Assembly: GCA_039818205.1 (NCBI GenBank)
Contig: JBCBUK010000016.1
Location: 37,613-101,612, forward strand
Source: Verrucomicrobiota bacterium
GTDB taxonomy: Bacteria > Verrucomicrobiota > Verrucomicrobiia > Opitutales > Cerasicoccaceae
Direction of reading: 5' to 3'
Length of the DNA: 64,000 bases
Shown here piece by piece: positions 8,929-18,723 of the stretch (within the stretch, counting starts at the first letter, position 1; the number at the start of each line of letters is the position of its first letter). Under the pieces are notes generated by a model. That model saw only the letters and a list, made by a program, of their open reading frames with translations, searched no databases and was not told where the DNA came from. The translations under genes and the position numbers were made by a program.

Positions 8929-10751
8929 CGTGCTCTGGAATGAGAATTTCGACGGAAGATGACTACCGCTCCAACAACGAGGACGCCGATAGGCACCGCC
9001 AAAGTATTCCCCCACTGATATTGGTTCTTAACTTGTTGCAGTGCGTAATCGATCTCACGGTCTATCGCGAGCAGGTCCTCTTCGGCACTCGTTCGATCGG
9101 CCAGGAGGCCATTGAGCGTTTTCTTTTGCTCTACAAATTGGCCGGCATCTTTGGTCACCTCTCTCCTAGAAAGCTTGAGTAGATCTTCTTCAATCTGTTC
9201 CTGGCGCTCCTGCACCTCTAGACGGCGCGTCTCGAAACCTTCTTCGATGCTCAACTTGATATCAGACAGCCCGACCAAGGGATACTGAACCGAACCTTTT
9301 CCCCGGGCCGCGAGCAAATTCCGCTCCCCAATCAGAGAGTCAACCGTATTGGAAAAAAGGGCCAAATTGCCGTTGTATGGGCGAACGGTCGATTCCGATT
9401 CAGATAGTTGAACAGACTCGCCAGCAAAGGGATCAAAAACAAAGTCTGCGTCAGCAAACAAGACCACCTGGCAATCATCCGGATTTGCCGTAAATGACTT
9501 TGTCGTCTCTGCATATACGGATTTAAGATCACCAAGCAATTTTGCGACAATTACTCGCCGGTGTCCATCCGGCTCGAAGCCTTTCATCAAGGCTTCATTC
9601 TTTTCACGGCCAATCCGGTAGATATCCGCCGATGCCACGGTCGATACCGCCTCAGATGTACTGACGAGCGGCACCAATCGTGAGGCCATTTCAGCGGTCG
9701 GCCAAACGTGTCCGGCATAGGGGAACCCAAGGTTGTTGATTCCGGCAGTAATAGGGTCATCTTTGTGGATATAACGCTGCGGGATATTCAGTACCGTATG
9801 CATGATTTCCGGACCAAAACCACGATCAACCTCCGACCGCAAATTCATATCAGCAACGACCTCATCCGCGCGGTAATTCACTCCCCAAGCATTCAACAGC
9901 TTAAACGCGTTTGAACTCGCTAATCCTTTCTGCAGTCCAGGATTGATCATTTCGATAGCTCCCGAATGGGGATCGAGCATGACTATCGCCTTGCCTCCAT
10001 TCGCGAGGTATTGATCGATCTTCCGCAAAGCAGCATCTTCTAATCCTATTGGGTGTATAATGACCATTAGTTCCGGTGGCACGGTACTCAGCGTTTCAAT
10101 GTCTTCATTGAAAGAAACCACGTGATAGCTTTTCTGCAGTTCATTGACAAACAACCAAGGTGGGAAAACACCGGTCCCTTGGTCATTCGTATATTCTCCC
10201 CCGAAAACCGGCAATGAACTGAGGATACCAATGGTTTTTCGGTCCTGATTAGTTACCGTTGAGATAGCCTGAAGCATATCATACTCCAACAAATCCTCAC
10301 GATCAGGATGCAAGAACGGGATCTTTACTTTGCGATCCAAACTACTGATTGATAGCCCAAAATAAAACCGTCCTTGATTCCGATTGAAATTGCTGGTGAT
10401 GCTATCGAACTCCGCGGTTTTTTCCGCATCGCTACCTGGCTTCGGGTCATAGCGAATAACCTCGATTTTCCCTCTTCCAGCTCGCTCGAGAACATCCAAA
10501 AAGTATTCCACCTTCTCGCCATAAACGCGAAGATTGTAAGGAATCGTGTTCTCGCTGACGCTCGCATAGTAACGGATCGAAACCGGCTGCTCCAGCTCAT
10601 TTAACGTTTCCTTGGTCGCGCTTGAGATTGAGTGCTGGCGAGACGCAGTCATATCCCATTGAAACGCCAGATTCCCGGCCACAAAGTTAACGAGAATGTA
10701 TACCAGAACGGCTGCTACTAACAACAAGTATTGATTTCCAGATTTCATCAC
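8925..10751 (-). CDS. GldG-family ABC transporter auxiliary component
   Basis: WDMTASRQHSIS, LEYD, IDQYLANGGK and ADADF motifs; N- and C-terminal TM helices and a coiled coil. Confidence 0.85.
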   Translation of the reverse strand: MMKSGNQYLLLVAAVLVYILVNFVAGNLAFQWDMTASRQHSISSATKETLNELEQPVSIRYYASVSENTIPYNLRVYGEKVEYFLDVLERAGRGKIEVIRYDPKPGSDAEKTAEFDSITSNFNRNQGRFYFGLSISSLDRKVKIPFLHPDREDLLEYDMLQAISTVTNQDRKTIGILSSLPVFGGEYTNDQGTGVFPPWLFVNELQKSYHVVSFNEDIETLSTVPPELMVIIHPIGLEDAALRKIDQYLANGGKAIVMLDPHSGAIEMINPGLQKGLASSNAFKLLNAWGVNYRADEVVADMNLRSEVDRGFGPEIMHTVLNIPQRYIHKDDPITAGINNLGFPYAGHVWPTAEMASRLVPLVSTSEAVSTVASADIYRIGREKNEALMKGFEPDGHRRVIVAKLLGDLKSVYAETTKSFTANPDDCQVVLFADADFVFDPFAGESVQLSESESTVRPYNGNLALFSNTVDSLIGERNLLAARGKGSVQYPLVGLSDIKLSIEEGFETRRLEVQERQEQIEEDLLKLSRREVTKDAGQFVEQKKTLNGLLADRTSAEEDLLAIDREIDYALQQVKNQYQWGNTLAVPIGVLVVGAVVIFRRNSHSRAR

Positions 10752-10763
10752 GAGGTCATCATC

Positions 10764-11504
10764 CTATTTCCGCTTGTTATTAATCAGCATCTGCGCGACG
10801 TATAGCCCCAGTGCGCCGGTTGAAACGAAATAAACAATTCCAGAAAACGAGATAACACCGCGTTGGAAGTGTTTGTAGTGGGCCGTAGAATTCATACTAC
10901 CAAACCACTCGGAGACCCAACTGATTCCCGAAAACAGACGAATAAACGCGTCCATGTTCGCCACCGACCCGAAAACCAGAATCAAAGAACAACAGCAAGC
11001 TCCCAATATATAGGAAATAAACTGATTCCGCGAAAAACTGGCGGCCGCAATTGATACTCCGAGCAGCGCACCAGAGAGCAATGAGCTGCCAACGTAACCG
11101 GAAACCAGTGGGCCAATGTCGGGCGGGCCAAGATGATACACCGTGAACACCAACGGCAACGTAAGCAACAAGGCGACAAGCAAGACTGTCCAGGATGAAA
11201 GGAACTTCCCTAGGACGATCTCCCAGGGCTGAAACCGCATCGTGAAGAGTAGCTCTATCGTTTTTTGACGATACTCTTCTGACAACAAACGCATCGAGAT
11301 GGCTGGAGCGAAGAATGCGTATAGCCAGGGGTGCCAGCTGAAGAAGCTACTCGCCAGTGACGCTTCGTTGCGCTGGAAGAAATGCCCCAAAACAAAATTC
11401 AGGTAGTTCGCGAAGAAAACGAAAAGTGCGAAGCATACGTAGATCGTCGGAGTATAGAAAAAGGTTAGCAGCTCTTTCTTATAAATAACTCCAATTCGAT
11501 TCAT
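10764..11504 (-). CDS. GldF-like ABC-2 transporter permease
   Basis: IYKKEL..FFYTP, PAISMRLLSEEYRQKTIELLFT and VLGKF motifs. The ATG at 11504 is preferred. Confidence 0.9.
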   Translation of the reverse strand: MNRIGVIYKKELLTFFYTPTIYVCFALFVFFANYLNFVLGHFFQRNEASLASSFFSWHPWLYAFFAPAISMRLLSEEYRQKTIELLFTMRFQPWEIVLGKFLSSWTVLLVALLLTLPLVFTVYHLGPPDIGPLVSGYVGSSLLSGALLGVSIAAASFSRNQFISYILGACCCSLILVFGSVANMDAFIRLFSGISWVSEWFGSMNSTAHYKHFQRGVISFSGIVYFVSTGALGLYVAQMLINNKRK

Positions 11505-11559
11505 CGCTTTTGAAACCGGTAATGCACCCATTATGGAACTCCTTACTGAATCCGAACAA

Positions 11560-12504
11560 CTATCCACACGTTGCTTCGGTAAATATATCCTTCAAGCTGG
11601 CTTCGATCGCTTTAATCTCAACCACCCGCCAACTGTTGTCATGGCAGAGGCTGGCTATTCCCGTCAAAACGCTGGAGATATTGGACGTATCGCCTGAAAC
11701 CGAAACGACGAACCCAAGCTCAGTCCCAGAATGACTTTGCTCCTCAATACTGGATACTCCGGGCACCGCCTTAAGCTTTGGAAGGACCTCAGCCGCCGAT
11801 ACACCGGCCAATTTCAAAACTATCCGTTCCTCGTCACCAAATCGCTTTCGGAGCTCTTCCATAGTTCCATCGGCTACCGCACTTCCATGGCTCAACAACA
11901 AGATTCGGTCGGACATAAACTCCGCCTCCTCCATAATATGGGTCGACAGCAAGATGCTCTTATCTTGGCTCATCTCCCGAATCATCTCCTGAATGTCTTG
12001 CTTCTGATTAGGATCCAATCCATCAGTCGGCTCATCAAGGACTAACACCGAAGGATCGTGAATAATGCTTTGAGCCAAGCAGGTCCGCTGACGATAGCCT
12101 TTCGATAAGGTGTCGATCAACTGGTGCTGAACCTCTTTCAAACCACAACGATCGACGACGCTTAACACCGCATCGTTTTGCTTCTTAGCAGGCACCTCCC
12201 GTGCCGCGGCAGCAAAGCGGAGGAACTCAGTCACCGTAGCTTCTGTATACAGAGGCGTGCCCTCTGGCAGATAACCAATTCGGGATTGCGCCAATCCGGC
12301 ATCCTTTCCCATGTCGAAGTCACAGATTGAGATCGACCCATCTGAGACCGGAAGAAAGCCGGTTAGCATCTTCATCGAGGTCGATTTACCCGCACCGTTA
12401 GGGCCGAGAAGAGCCAAAACCTCCCCGGGCTTAACCTCGAAGGAGAGTTCTTTAACCGCGACCTTTTGTCCGAAGCGTTTCGTTACGTTTGAAAACGTGA
12501 TCAC
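11560..12504 (-). CDS. GldA-like ABC transporter ATP-binding protein
   Basis: Walker A GPNGAGKS, LSKGYRQR signature, Walker B LVLDEPT. Confidence 0.95.
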   Translation of the reverse strand: MITFSNVTKRFGQKVAVKELSFEVKPGEVLALLGPNGAGKSTSMKMLTGFLPVSDGSISICDFDMGKDAGLAQSRIGYLPEGTPLYTEATVTEFLRFAAAAREVPAKKQNDAVLSVVDRCGLKEVQHQLIDTLSKGYRQRTCLAQSIIHDPSVLVLDEPTDGLDPNQKQDIQEMIREMSQDKSILLSTHIMEEAEFMSDRILLLSHGSAVADGTMEELRKRFGDEERIVLKLAGVSAAEVLPKLKAVPGVSSIEEQSHSGTELGFVVSVSGDTSNISSVLTGIASLCHDNSWRVVEIKAIEASLKDIFTEATCG

Positions 12505-12579
12505 CCAGTAAACTCAAAAAAATTTGCACCGTGGCTCTCATGGCAGCACCTGCCAATTCGGCCAGTCTAGGAAAGAAGT

Positions 12580-12613
12580 GAGCGCCCTAACCCCTCAAAT
12601 AGTTAGGGCGCTC
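12580..12613 (-). terminator. Probable intrinsic terminator after the GH16-like gene
   Basis: Perfect 12-bp stem GAGCGCCCTAAC/GTTAGGGCGCTC with a 10-nt loop, followed by ACTTCTTTCC on the minus strand. Confidence 0.65.
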
Positions 12614-12654
12614 GATTGGTGATAGTCGTTAGGAAAATAAATTCCCAACACTTC

Positions 12655-13494
12655 TTACGGGATGTGAGTTTCTACCCAATCAATGCGGAAGTCGGGATAG
12701 CTTCCTGGTGCTGGGAGGTGATTCACGTGGGGTGAGGACGTGAACAACATCTCCATGTTTGTATCAACCCGAGAAATCGTTGAGGTGTGCTCCAACTTAC
12801 CGTTGATATAGAACGTTGGGTTGGTGTTACGCGTGGTGCGAGCTGCCCAGTGAGTCCAGTTACGAACCCGTTCCATCGCCCAGGTATGGTGCCAGCGAGG
12901 CTGCATCCATGGGGTCCATTGACGCTTGGAACTCTGGGTTGGGTTGGCCGCTTTTTCGTGGTGAGCGTGGTTCAAGATATCGCTCTGGTATTCCATGATA
13001 TCAAGCTCATCGGCACCACCTTTATCCGTCCAGAACGTTGGCCAGATATCAGCGAAATTCCACTGAACCTTAGAGTGAGCCTGGAATTGACCTTCAGTTA
13101 GCCAGTTTGCCTTCGAAGAAAGCACACCACCAGAGTAGTCAAAGGTGCGACCATTTTCAGTAATTGGCGAAGAGTGATACCAGTTGATGATACGCAGGTG
13201 CTGGCCAGTCATCTGAACGTTCTGGGTCCGGAAACGGGTCCAGGTTTGGGAGCCATTTTTGCGGGTTGAACGTTCCCAGTTGTAAAACGGATGGACATCT
13301 TCCCATTGCCAGCCAATGGAAGTGTCGTTAAAGTAATCAGTTGCCCAATTGTAAATCGACCAGCCACCTGGTTTTCCGAGTTTCTGGGCATTAAGAGACA
13401 GGGGAACAACGGCAAGGATGCCAAGCAACGCAATACACTTGATGGAACCAAGCTTCGCGGAGTGAAGGGGTATACTTATACTAGGGATATTCAT
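12655..13494 (-). CDS. Secreted GH16-like glycoside hydrolase (single domain, divergent)
   Basis: Signal peptide; YSGG, WPTFWT, ELDIME (ExDxxE catalytic motif), FYING and IDWVE motifs. Confidence 0.75.
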   Translation of the reverse strand: MNIPSISIPLHSAKLGSIKCIALLGILAVVPLSLNAQKLGKPGGWSIYNWATDYFNDTSIGWQWEDVHPFYNWERSTRKNGSQTWTRFRTQNVQMTGQHLRIINWYHSSPITENGRTFDYSGGVLSSKANWLTEGQFQAHSKVQWNFADIWPTFWTDKGGADELDIMEYQSDILNHAHHEKAANPTQSSKRQWTPWMQPRWHHTWAMERVRNWTHWAARTTRNTNPTFYINGKLEHTSTISRVDTNMEMLFTSSPHVNHLPAPGSYPDFRIDWVETHIP

Positions 13495-13756
13495 TCTTGT
13501 TTGGGATTACACAACGAGCCAAGTGGGGTGAGAAGGCGCCTAAAGTTAGGTCACATAGAACTACTAAAAGCAGTGTGCGGTAAGATGCATTCTCCGAGAC
13601 TGAGTTGTAGGGTATTGGGGGTTGGGGTTGTTTACACAGTGTTGGACTAGTAGTAACTTAACTAACCTAACAAAGATTACTTTATACAAATTCCGTCTAT
13701 TGCGCAATTGACATTCACGACAAAAAATTGTCACTACTGAACATGACTTCTACCCC

Positions 13757-14629
13757 ATGAGCAAACAAGTGCTGATCAACCTGTCTGAGCGACCCCGAAT
13801 ATTGTGGGCTGGATACGACAACTACAACCGGCTGACCAAGACGTCATTCCAACTGAAGGACGTCTGGTGCATGCACTACTACAAGTATTCGGCACGAATC
13901 TCTCACAATAACACCCCACTCTCGATTCAGCCTGGATCGATCGGCATGTGCGAGCCCTATGCGCGGGTCAACTATGACAAATTCAGTGAGGGAAACCGCG
14001 AACACCTGGCCTTCAATTTTCACTTACCGGAAGCCGATGGCGACTTTCAATGGACGATTCCACTAGTCGCTAAACCCGCAGAAGATGATCTTGGTGATGC
14101 CCTGCTTCGGTTTGAGCGGGCCATAAGACTTCACCTCGAAACCACCTGGGATGAACCGGTGTCTCTGAATGCCGAAGTCGAGCTTTGGGCCCTGCTCCTC
14201 GCAATGGCAAATAAAGTCGGCACACCAGCTGAGATCAGCGCTGTTGATCGACAGGGGCGCGATCATGTTCGCAATGCCCTTCGAATGATTGATGCCCACC
14301 TCAGCTCGGATATCTACGCAGAGAAAATTGCGAAGCACATCGGCATTTCGGTAACTCACCTAGGAAGGCTCTTCAACAAGCATGTCGGCTGTCCGGTCGC
14401 CACGTTTATTCGCCGCAAACGCCTGAAGCTAGCCCACCGTCAACTCGCCTATTCAAATGAACCCATTCGCGAAGTCGCTGCGTCGATTGGTATGAACGAC
14501 CTGGCAAATTTCAATCGCTTTATCCGGCGAGAATTTGGACAGTCCCCCAAACAAATTCGTGGGCGCAAACGGGACGGCTTCAACGTATGTGAAAACGACC
14601 AAGAGGCACACAACGAACATCAAGATTGA
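13757..14629 (+). CDS. AraC-family transcriptional regulator
   Basis: C-terminal double HTH (IAKHIGISVTHLGRLF...VAASIGMNDLANFNRFIRREFGQSP); divergent from the GH16-like gene. Confidence 0.9.
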   Translation: MSKQVLINLSERPRILWAGYDNYNRLTKTSFQLKDVWCMHYYKYSARISHNNTPLSIQPGSIGMCEPYARVNYDKFSEGNREHLAFNFHLPEADGDFQWTIPLVAKPAEDDLGDALLRFERAIRLHLETTWDEPVSLNAEVELWALLLAMANKVGTPAEISAVDRQGRDHVRNALRMIDAHLSSDIYAEKIAKHIGISVTHLGRLFNKHVGCPVATFIRRKRLKLAHRQLAYSNEPIREVAASIGMNDLANFNRFIRREFGQSPKQIRGRKRDGFNVCENDQEAHNEHQD

Positions 14630-14846
14630 ATCTTCGGGATAGTATAACGAATATTCTTTGAACAGATCCGACAAACAGCTAGGGGCAATAGTCCCTTTGG
14701 GTAGGATTGACGAAATCCATCGAACTACATCGACTCCTGATTCGGACCACCATTGGTTGATATAGGCCACCTTGCAGTGCATCGCCTCTTTTTGGCTTAG
14801 CGATCGGAGAACGCAGTGGAAGAAAAACATCCTCTGTAGCAAAAAG

Positions 14847-14876
14847 AATGGAGCCACTCCGAAAAGTGGCTCCATT
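14847..14876 (-). terminator. Intrinsic terminator after the spondin/PEP-CTERM gene
   Basis: 12-bp stem AATGGAGCCACT/AGTGGCTCCATT with a 6-nt loop, followed by CTTTTTG on the minus strand. Confidence 0.75.
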
Positions 14877-14909
14877 AGGTTTCTCTGTGGCCTTGGGGCT
14901 TAAGACCGC

Positions 14910-15701
14910 CTACTTACCTGCCTTGCGGCGACGCAAAACCATTACAGTACCGAGCACTAAGCTGCCGAATATCGCTGCATAGGTCGATGGCTCCGGGACT
15001 ACGTTGACCGTAATCGTTGCAATCGGAGCAAGCCCATTGTCCAAGGCAACTCCAAGGATGTTACCATTACCGAGCGCAGTTCCGACGAAATTATCTAAAC
15101 CAGCGTGAAGCGCTACCGTACCGCCTTCATCGGTACTGGTGCCTCCGATCATTGAGAATGGAGCACCAAAGGTGTCGTTAACCTCTGTTCCGGCATCCCA
15201 AACATTGGCTCCGAAAATCGTGATTGTTTGTTCGCCATTGAAATTACCAAGGGCATCGAAGAGTTCAATCGCGGTTGGGTTGCCATTCGCGAAGAATGCG
15301 TCATTCGATGGCAAGATCATGGACGCATAGCTGAAATAGCGATTGTCGGTCTCATCCACCATAATTTGGACCGAGTTACTTGAACCGGGGCCGAACAAGC
15401 CAGGACCAGGACCACTCGGATTGTTGACGGTTTGCGAGAGTCTTCCGCTAGCCGTTCCAAAGGCGGAATCAATTACACCGTTGTTTCCATCCTCGGCCAG
15501 GGCTTCCAATCCAGCGGAAGCAGCAACACCTGGATCAAAGATATCGAAGCTACCATCGTGGAACGCAGTCCAAACCGGGGTAAAATAGACGCCATCGGAG
15601 GCTGCGTTGCTGGTAATGGTCACCTCAAGGTTAACCACCGCGTGAGTCGTCGAAAGCGCACATAGACTCAATAGTGCGGTACAATATTTGACGTTTTTCA
15701 T
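14910..15701 (-). CDS. Spondin_N-domain surface protein with PEP-CTERM sorting signal
   Basis: Signal peptide; FTPVWTAFHDG, LEALAEDG, SMILPSNDAF and WDAGTEVND spondin motifs; C-terminal VPEPSTY-TM-RRRK. Confidence 0.9.
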   Translation of the reverse strand: MKNVKYCTALLSLCALSTTHAVVNLEVTITSNAASDGVYFTPVWTAFHDGSFDIFDPGVAASAGLEALAEDGNNGVIDSAFGTASGRLSQTVNNPSGPGPGLFGPGSSNSVQIMVDETDNRYFSYASMILPSNDAFFANGNPTAIELFDALGNFNGEQTITIFGANVWDAGTEVNDTFGAPFSMIGGTSTDEGGTVALHAGLDNFVGTALGNGNILGVALDNGLAPIATITVNVVPEPSTYAAIFGSLVLGTVMVLRRRKAGK

Positions 15702-15743
15702 AATAAGTAGAGTTTTGTGTTAAGTTCGCAAGAACACACATGG

Positions 15744-15767
15744 GACGAAGGATGCTTCCCATTATTC
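15744..15767 (-). promoter_or_regulatory. ECF-sigma-type promoter for the spondin/PEP-CTERM gene
   Basis: Minus strand reads GAATAA-tgggaagcatcc-TTCGTC (GAAT-N16-CGTC), ending about 40 nt upstream of the ATG. Confidence 0.65.
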
Positions 15768-15787
15768 GGAAAAATTTAAAATATTCT

Positions 15788-15811
15788 GAATAAAGTCTCT
15801 GACGGTTCGTC
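15788..15811 (+). promoter_or_regulatory. ECF-sigma-type promoter for the sigma/anti-sigma operon (autoregulatory)
   Basis: Plus strand reads GAATAA-agtctctgacgg-TTCGTC, with the same boxes and spacing as the divergent copy. Confidence 0.65.
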
Positions 15812-15962
15812 ACATCTCTGGACCAACGCTTTCGGACACCTGAAACCAAAGACAGATGCTAAGTTCTAATTCACCTTTCGCCAAATCGGCACGCGCACGA
15901 TTCGAGCTGCTGCGTGCCCTAGGGGCTGGGCGAAAAGCAAGGGGACTTACATCGCCACTACC

Positions 15963-16487
15963 ATGATCGCAAACCTGGAAGAGCACATCAACTCCAACTA
16001 CAAAAACCTGTACTACTTCGCTCTGAGCCTAACCAAGAATGAAGCAGACGCCTGTGACCTTACCCAACATGCCTTCTTAAAATTGGCCAAGAACGTAAAC
16101 AAAATCCGTGACGACAAAAAGGTGAAGAGCTGGCTTTTCTCCACCCTTTACCGTGATTTTATCGATGGCAAACGACGAAGCCGTTTTCAGGCAGACCAAC
16201 CTTTTGAAGAGGCGGCTGGAAACATGCATTCGGAATCGCCGCCAAGCGACAACCGCCTGGACAGTCAAGCAGTCCTGAAAATTCTGATTAAACTGGATGA
16301 CGACCTGCGCATCCCGCTTACCTTATTTTACCTCGAAGATTATTCCTACAAGGAAATAGCAAAACTACTGAAGATACCCATGGGAACCGTCATGTCTCGA
16401 CTCCACCGGGGAAAAGAACTTCTTTACCAAACCCTCATCCAGCTCGACAACCCAAACCGACCAATATCAGGCGTGAGTCAGATCTAA
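15963..16487 (+). CDS. ECF RNA polymerase sigma-70 factor
   Basis: Region 2 (DACDLTQHAFL...SWLF) and region 4 (YSYKEIAKLLKIPMGTVMSRLHRG). Confidence 0.95.
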   Translation: MIANLEEHINSNYKNLYYFALSLTKNEADACDLTQHAFLKLAKNVNKIRDDKKVKSWLFSTLYRDFIDGKRRSRFQADQPFEEAAGNMHSESPPSDNRLDSQAVLKILIKLDDDLRIPLTLFYLEDYSYKEIAKLLKIPMGTVMSRLHRGKELLYQTLIQLDNPNRPISGVSQI

Positions 16488-16535
16488 ACCGCAGAAAGCC
16501 ATCTTACAATTTTTCAATAGGAACGAAGAATAGCC

Positions 16536-17225
16536 ATGAATCACTCGAACAACCCAGAAGATCGCTCAGAGCGAGTGGTACCTTTTGATCGCCGTCAACA
16601 GCTTGACCAGGAGATAAAAGACAGTTTATCAGACCTGCCACCGCCTGGCGGACTGAGAGAGTCAATCCTCCTTGGTTGCCAGGAGGTCAAGCCGAAGCCG
16701 AGGCACAATCCCGCCCTAATGAGTCTTGCGGCGGCGGCCACGCTCATTCTGACCCTGACCGTCCTGAGCATTGGCTACATGAGCTATTACAACAGCAAGA
16801 TATCCAAGCTAACGAGCTTTCGGGACGCCATGGCCTACTACGCTGCTGGAGCCTACTTCTCCTTGGATCATCTCAGCACTGAGCTTAGTACGATTTCCAA
16901 TTGGTTGGACGAGAACAACTCCCCCAACTTTCAAGACATTCCGGAAGGCCTGCTTGCGATGGAGCCAATCGGGTGCAAGCAGATTGATTGGCGCGGCGAG
17001 AGCGTGTCGCTGGTGTGCTTTCACCGAGACGACGGCAAGATCGTCCATCTTTTCATTATCGAGAAACGAAATGGCGGCAGTAATTCATTTGTCGAGATTG
17101 AACGCATCGCTGAATCACATGGCTTACAAACTGGCGGTTGGAGCAATGAAGACTCCGTGTTCTTGCTTTCAGGCTCAGAACCCGGTGTCCGCATCGATTC
17201 GTTTCTTCCGTTTCCAGCCAGCTAG
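16536..17225 (+). CDS. Putative transmembrane anti-sigma factor
   Basis: Directly downstream of the ECF sigma; single TM, then a periplasmic 'GCK...VSLVCF...HLF' domain. Confidence 0.7.
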   Translation: MNHSNNPEDRSERVVPFDRRQQLDQEIKDSLSDLPPPGGLRESILLGCQEVKPKPRHNPALMSLAAAATLILTLTVLSIGYMSYYNSKISKLTSFRDAMAYYAAGAYFSLDHLSTELSTISNWLDENNSPNFQDIPEGLLAMEPIGCKQIDWRGESVSLVCFHRDDGKIVHLFIIEKRNGGSNSFVEIERIAESHGLQTGGWSNEDSVFLLSGSEPGVRIDSFLPFPAS

Positions 17226-17413
17226 TTTGCTGACACCGCTCAGTCATTCCGCACTGCCATTAGATGCGAACACGTATGGCCCGAGTCCGCCCTACGGTTC
17301 TCCGGTTGCTAGAGAAATCACGACCCGACTTTGATAAGCAGCAGAATCACAGAACGCGGTAAAATTGTCGTTCCCGAGTCCTTCCGCGGTGTCTATCTTA
17401 CCGGTCGTGTGGA

Positions 17414-18145
17414 TTAGCGCTTTCCTTTAGAATCCACTGAACCTAACGGATGTATATTGACGTCAACCGCATCGGCGAGAACAACGTGATCCGGGCTTCG
17501 CCCCGGGTCCTCGAAGCCGTTTAGTTCGAAGAGATGGCGGCTGTAATCACTCACTTCCGCTGGAGAAATATTATAAGGTTGGTGGCTCACCATTCCCGAA
17601 TAAAGCCGCCCACTGTTCTCTCGGAAAGAATACAACCGGTAGCGCTCGACCAGGAAATGGTCAAGGCTACCGTCCTCGGCAGGCGCAAAGTCTCCGCAAC
17701 TCCGATAGCCGAAAAACTGCTCAGCATCTGCTGTTCGTTGTGAACGAAAAAGTATCCAACCATCGTCCTGGTCAGCTAGCTGCATTGATGCATGCTGGTA
17801 AGGCAGCGAGAAAAACTTGCGGGCTATCCATACTGCGATCGCTTGATTTGCATCCAATGAATAAAACCAAACTCCAGGACGCCCACTGCGATCGCGCACG
17901 TAAGTCCTCAAGTTCAACTCCAGGAAATTGGACATTAGCGGCATGGAACACAAAAAACGCGGTCTGACTTGGCGCATTTTGAAAGGCACGATACCGAGGA
18001 AGGCTTTTCCGTCATAGGTATCAACTTCTAGGCCCGTCGGCAGGGTCTCTTGAATGCGATGGGCAGCAATCTCCCAGTGCAGAAACAAGAGCGATTCCCA
18101 TCGCTGATACATGATCACGGGACCTAAGGATTCAGGCTTTGGCAT
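17414..18145 (-). CDS. YqjF / DUF2071 family protein
   Basis: MYQRWESLLFLHW, FLELNLRTYV, GVWFYSLDA and FLVERY motifs. Confidence 0.9.
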   Translation of the reverse strand: MPKPESLGPVIMYQRWESLLFLHWEIAAHRIQETLPTGLEVDTYDGKAFLGIVPFKMRQVRPRFLCSMPLMSNFLELNLRTYVRDRSGRPGVWFYSLDANQAIAVWIARKFFSLPYQHASMQLADQDDGWILFRSQRTADAEQFFGYRSCGDFAPAEDGSLDHFLVERYRLYSFRENSGRLYSGMVSHQPYNISPAEVSDYSRHLFELNGFEDPGRSPDHVVLADAVDVNIHPLGSVDSKGKR

Positions 18146-18482
18146 AGTGCGCGCGTAGCTTGGGGATTACTTTTTTGAGTTTGAAGAAGCCTTCAGTGGC
18201 AAAGGGATAGAAACTGTCGTCCCAGGACCGGCGAAACACACTTACGCGGAGCCCCTGCTCCTGCAATTGAGACTCGATCAAGGGCCATGAATTCGACCAG
18301 AAACCAACCGCGAGCTCGGCAACTACAGTTTGCTCCAAACGATTTCTCTCGGCCCAGCCAATAACGTGGCGGGCCAAATCATAATCGAGCGCAATGGTTT
18401 CCTCCGCATTCGCCAATTCATCCAGTGAATCTTGCAACGCAGCTAACCGTGTTGGTGTCCAGATCGATGAAGAAACCATCAT
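18132..18482 (-). pseudogene. Internally deleted photolyase/cryptochrome-like FAD-binding-family gene (N- and C-termini only)
   Basis: 116 aa. Begins WTPTRLAAL and ends RRSWDDSFYPFATEGFFKLKKVIP, which resemble the two ends of a much longer photolyase-related family; the central domain is absent. Confidence 0.5.
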
Positions 18483-18723
18483 GCAGATTCCGCCAATTGC
18501 TTACAGTTGTCAAATAATGTGAAAGGAGTTTCGGCGACAAACGACAGACTCACTAGAGTTAATAGATCGATGCACTAATCGGACCAAAACAGCTGATGCT
18601 GCGATAAATGTAAGGAACTATTTTCGGATCTACCGGTCACTTGCTGAGCTCATTTTTAGAAAACGTAGGGTTGCTTATGGCCGTATTTTCGCTTAAGGTC
18701 CTCTTCCTAAAAAACCACTGAAT

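Noticed and set aside
7804..12504. GldA/F/G-like genes as evidence for Bacteroidota-type gliding motility
   Set aside because: This ABC module occurs widely outside gliding bacteria, and no other gld/spr/T9SS genes are in the window.
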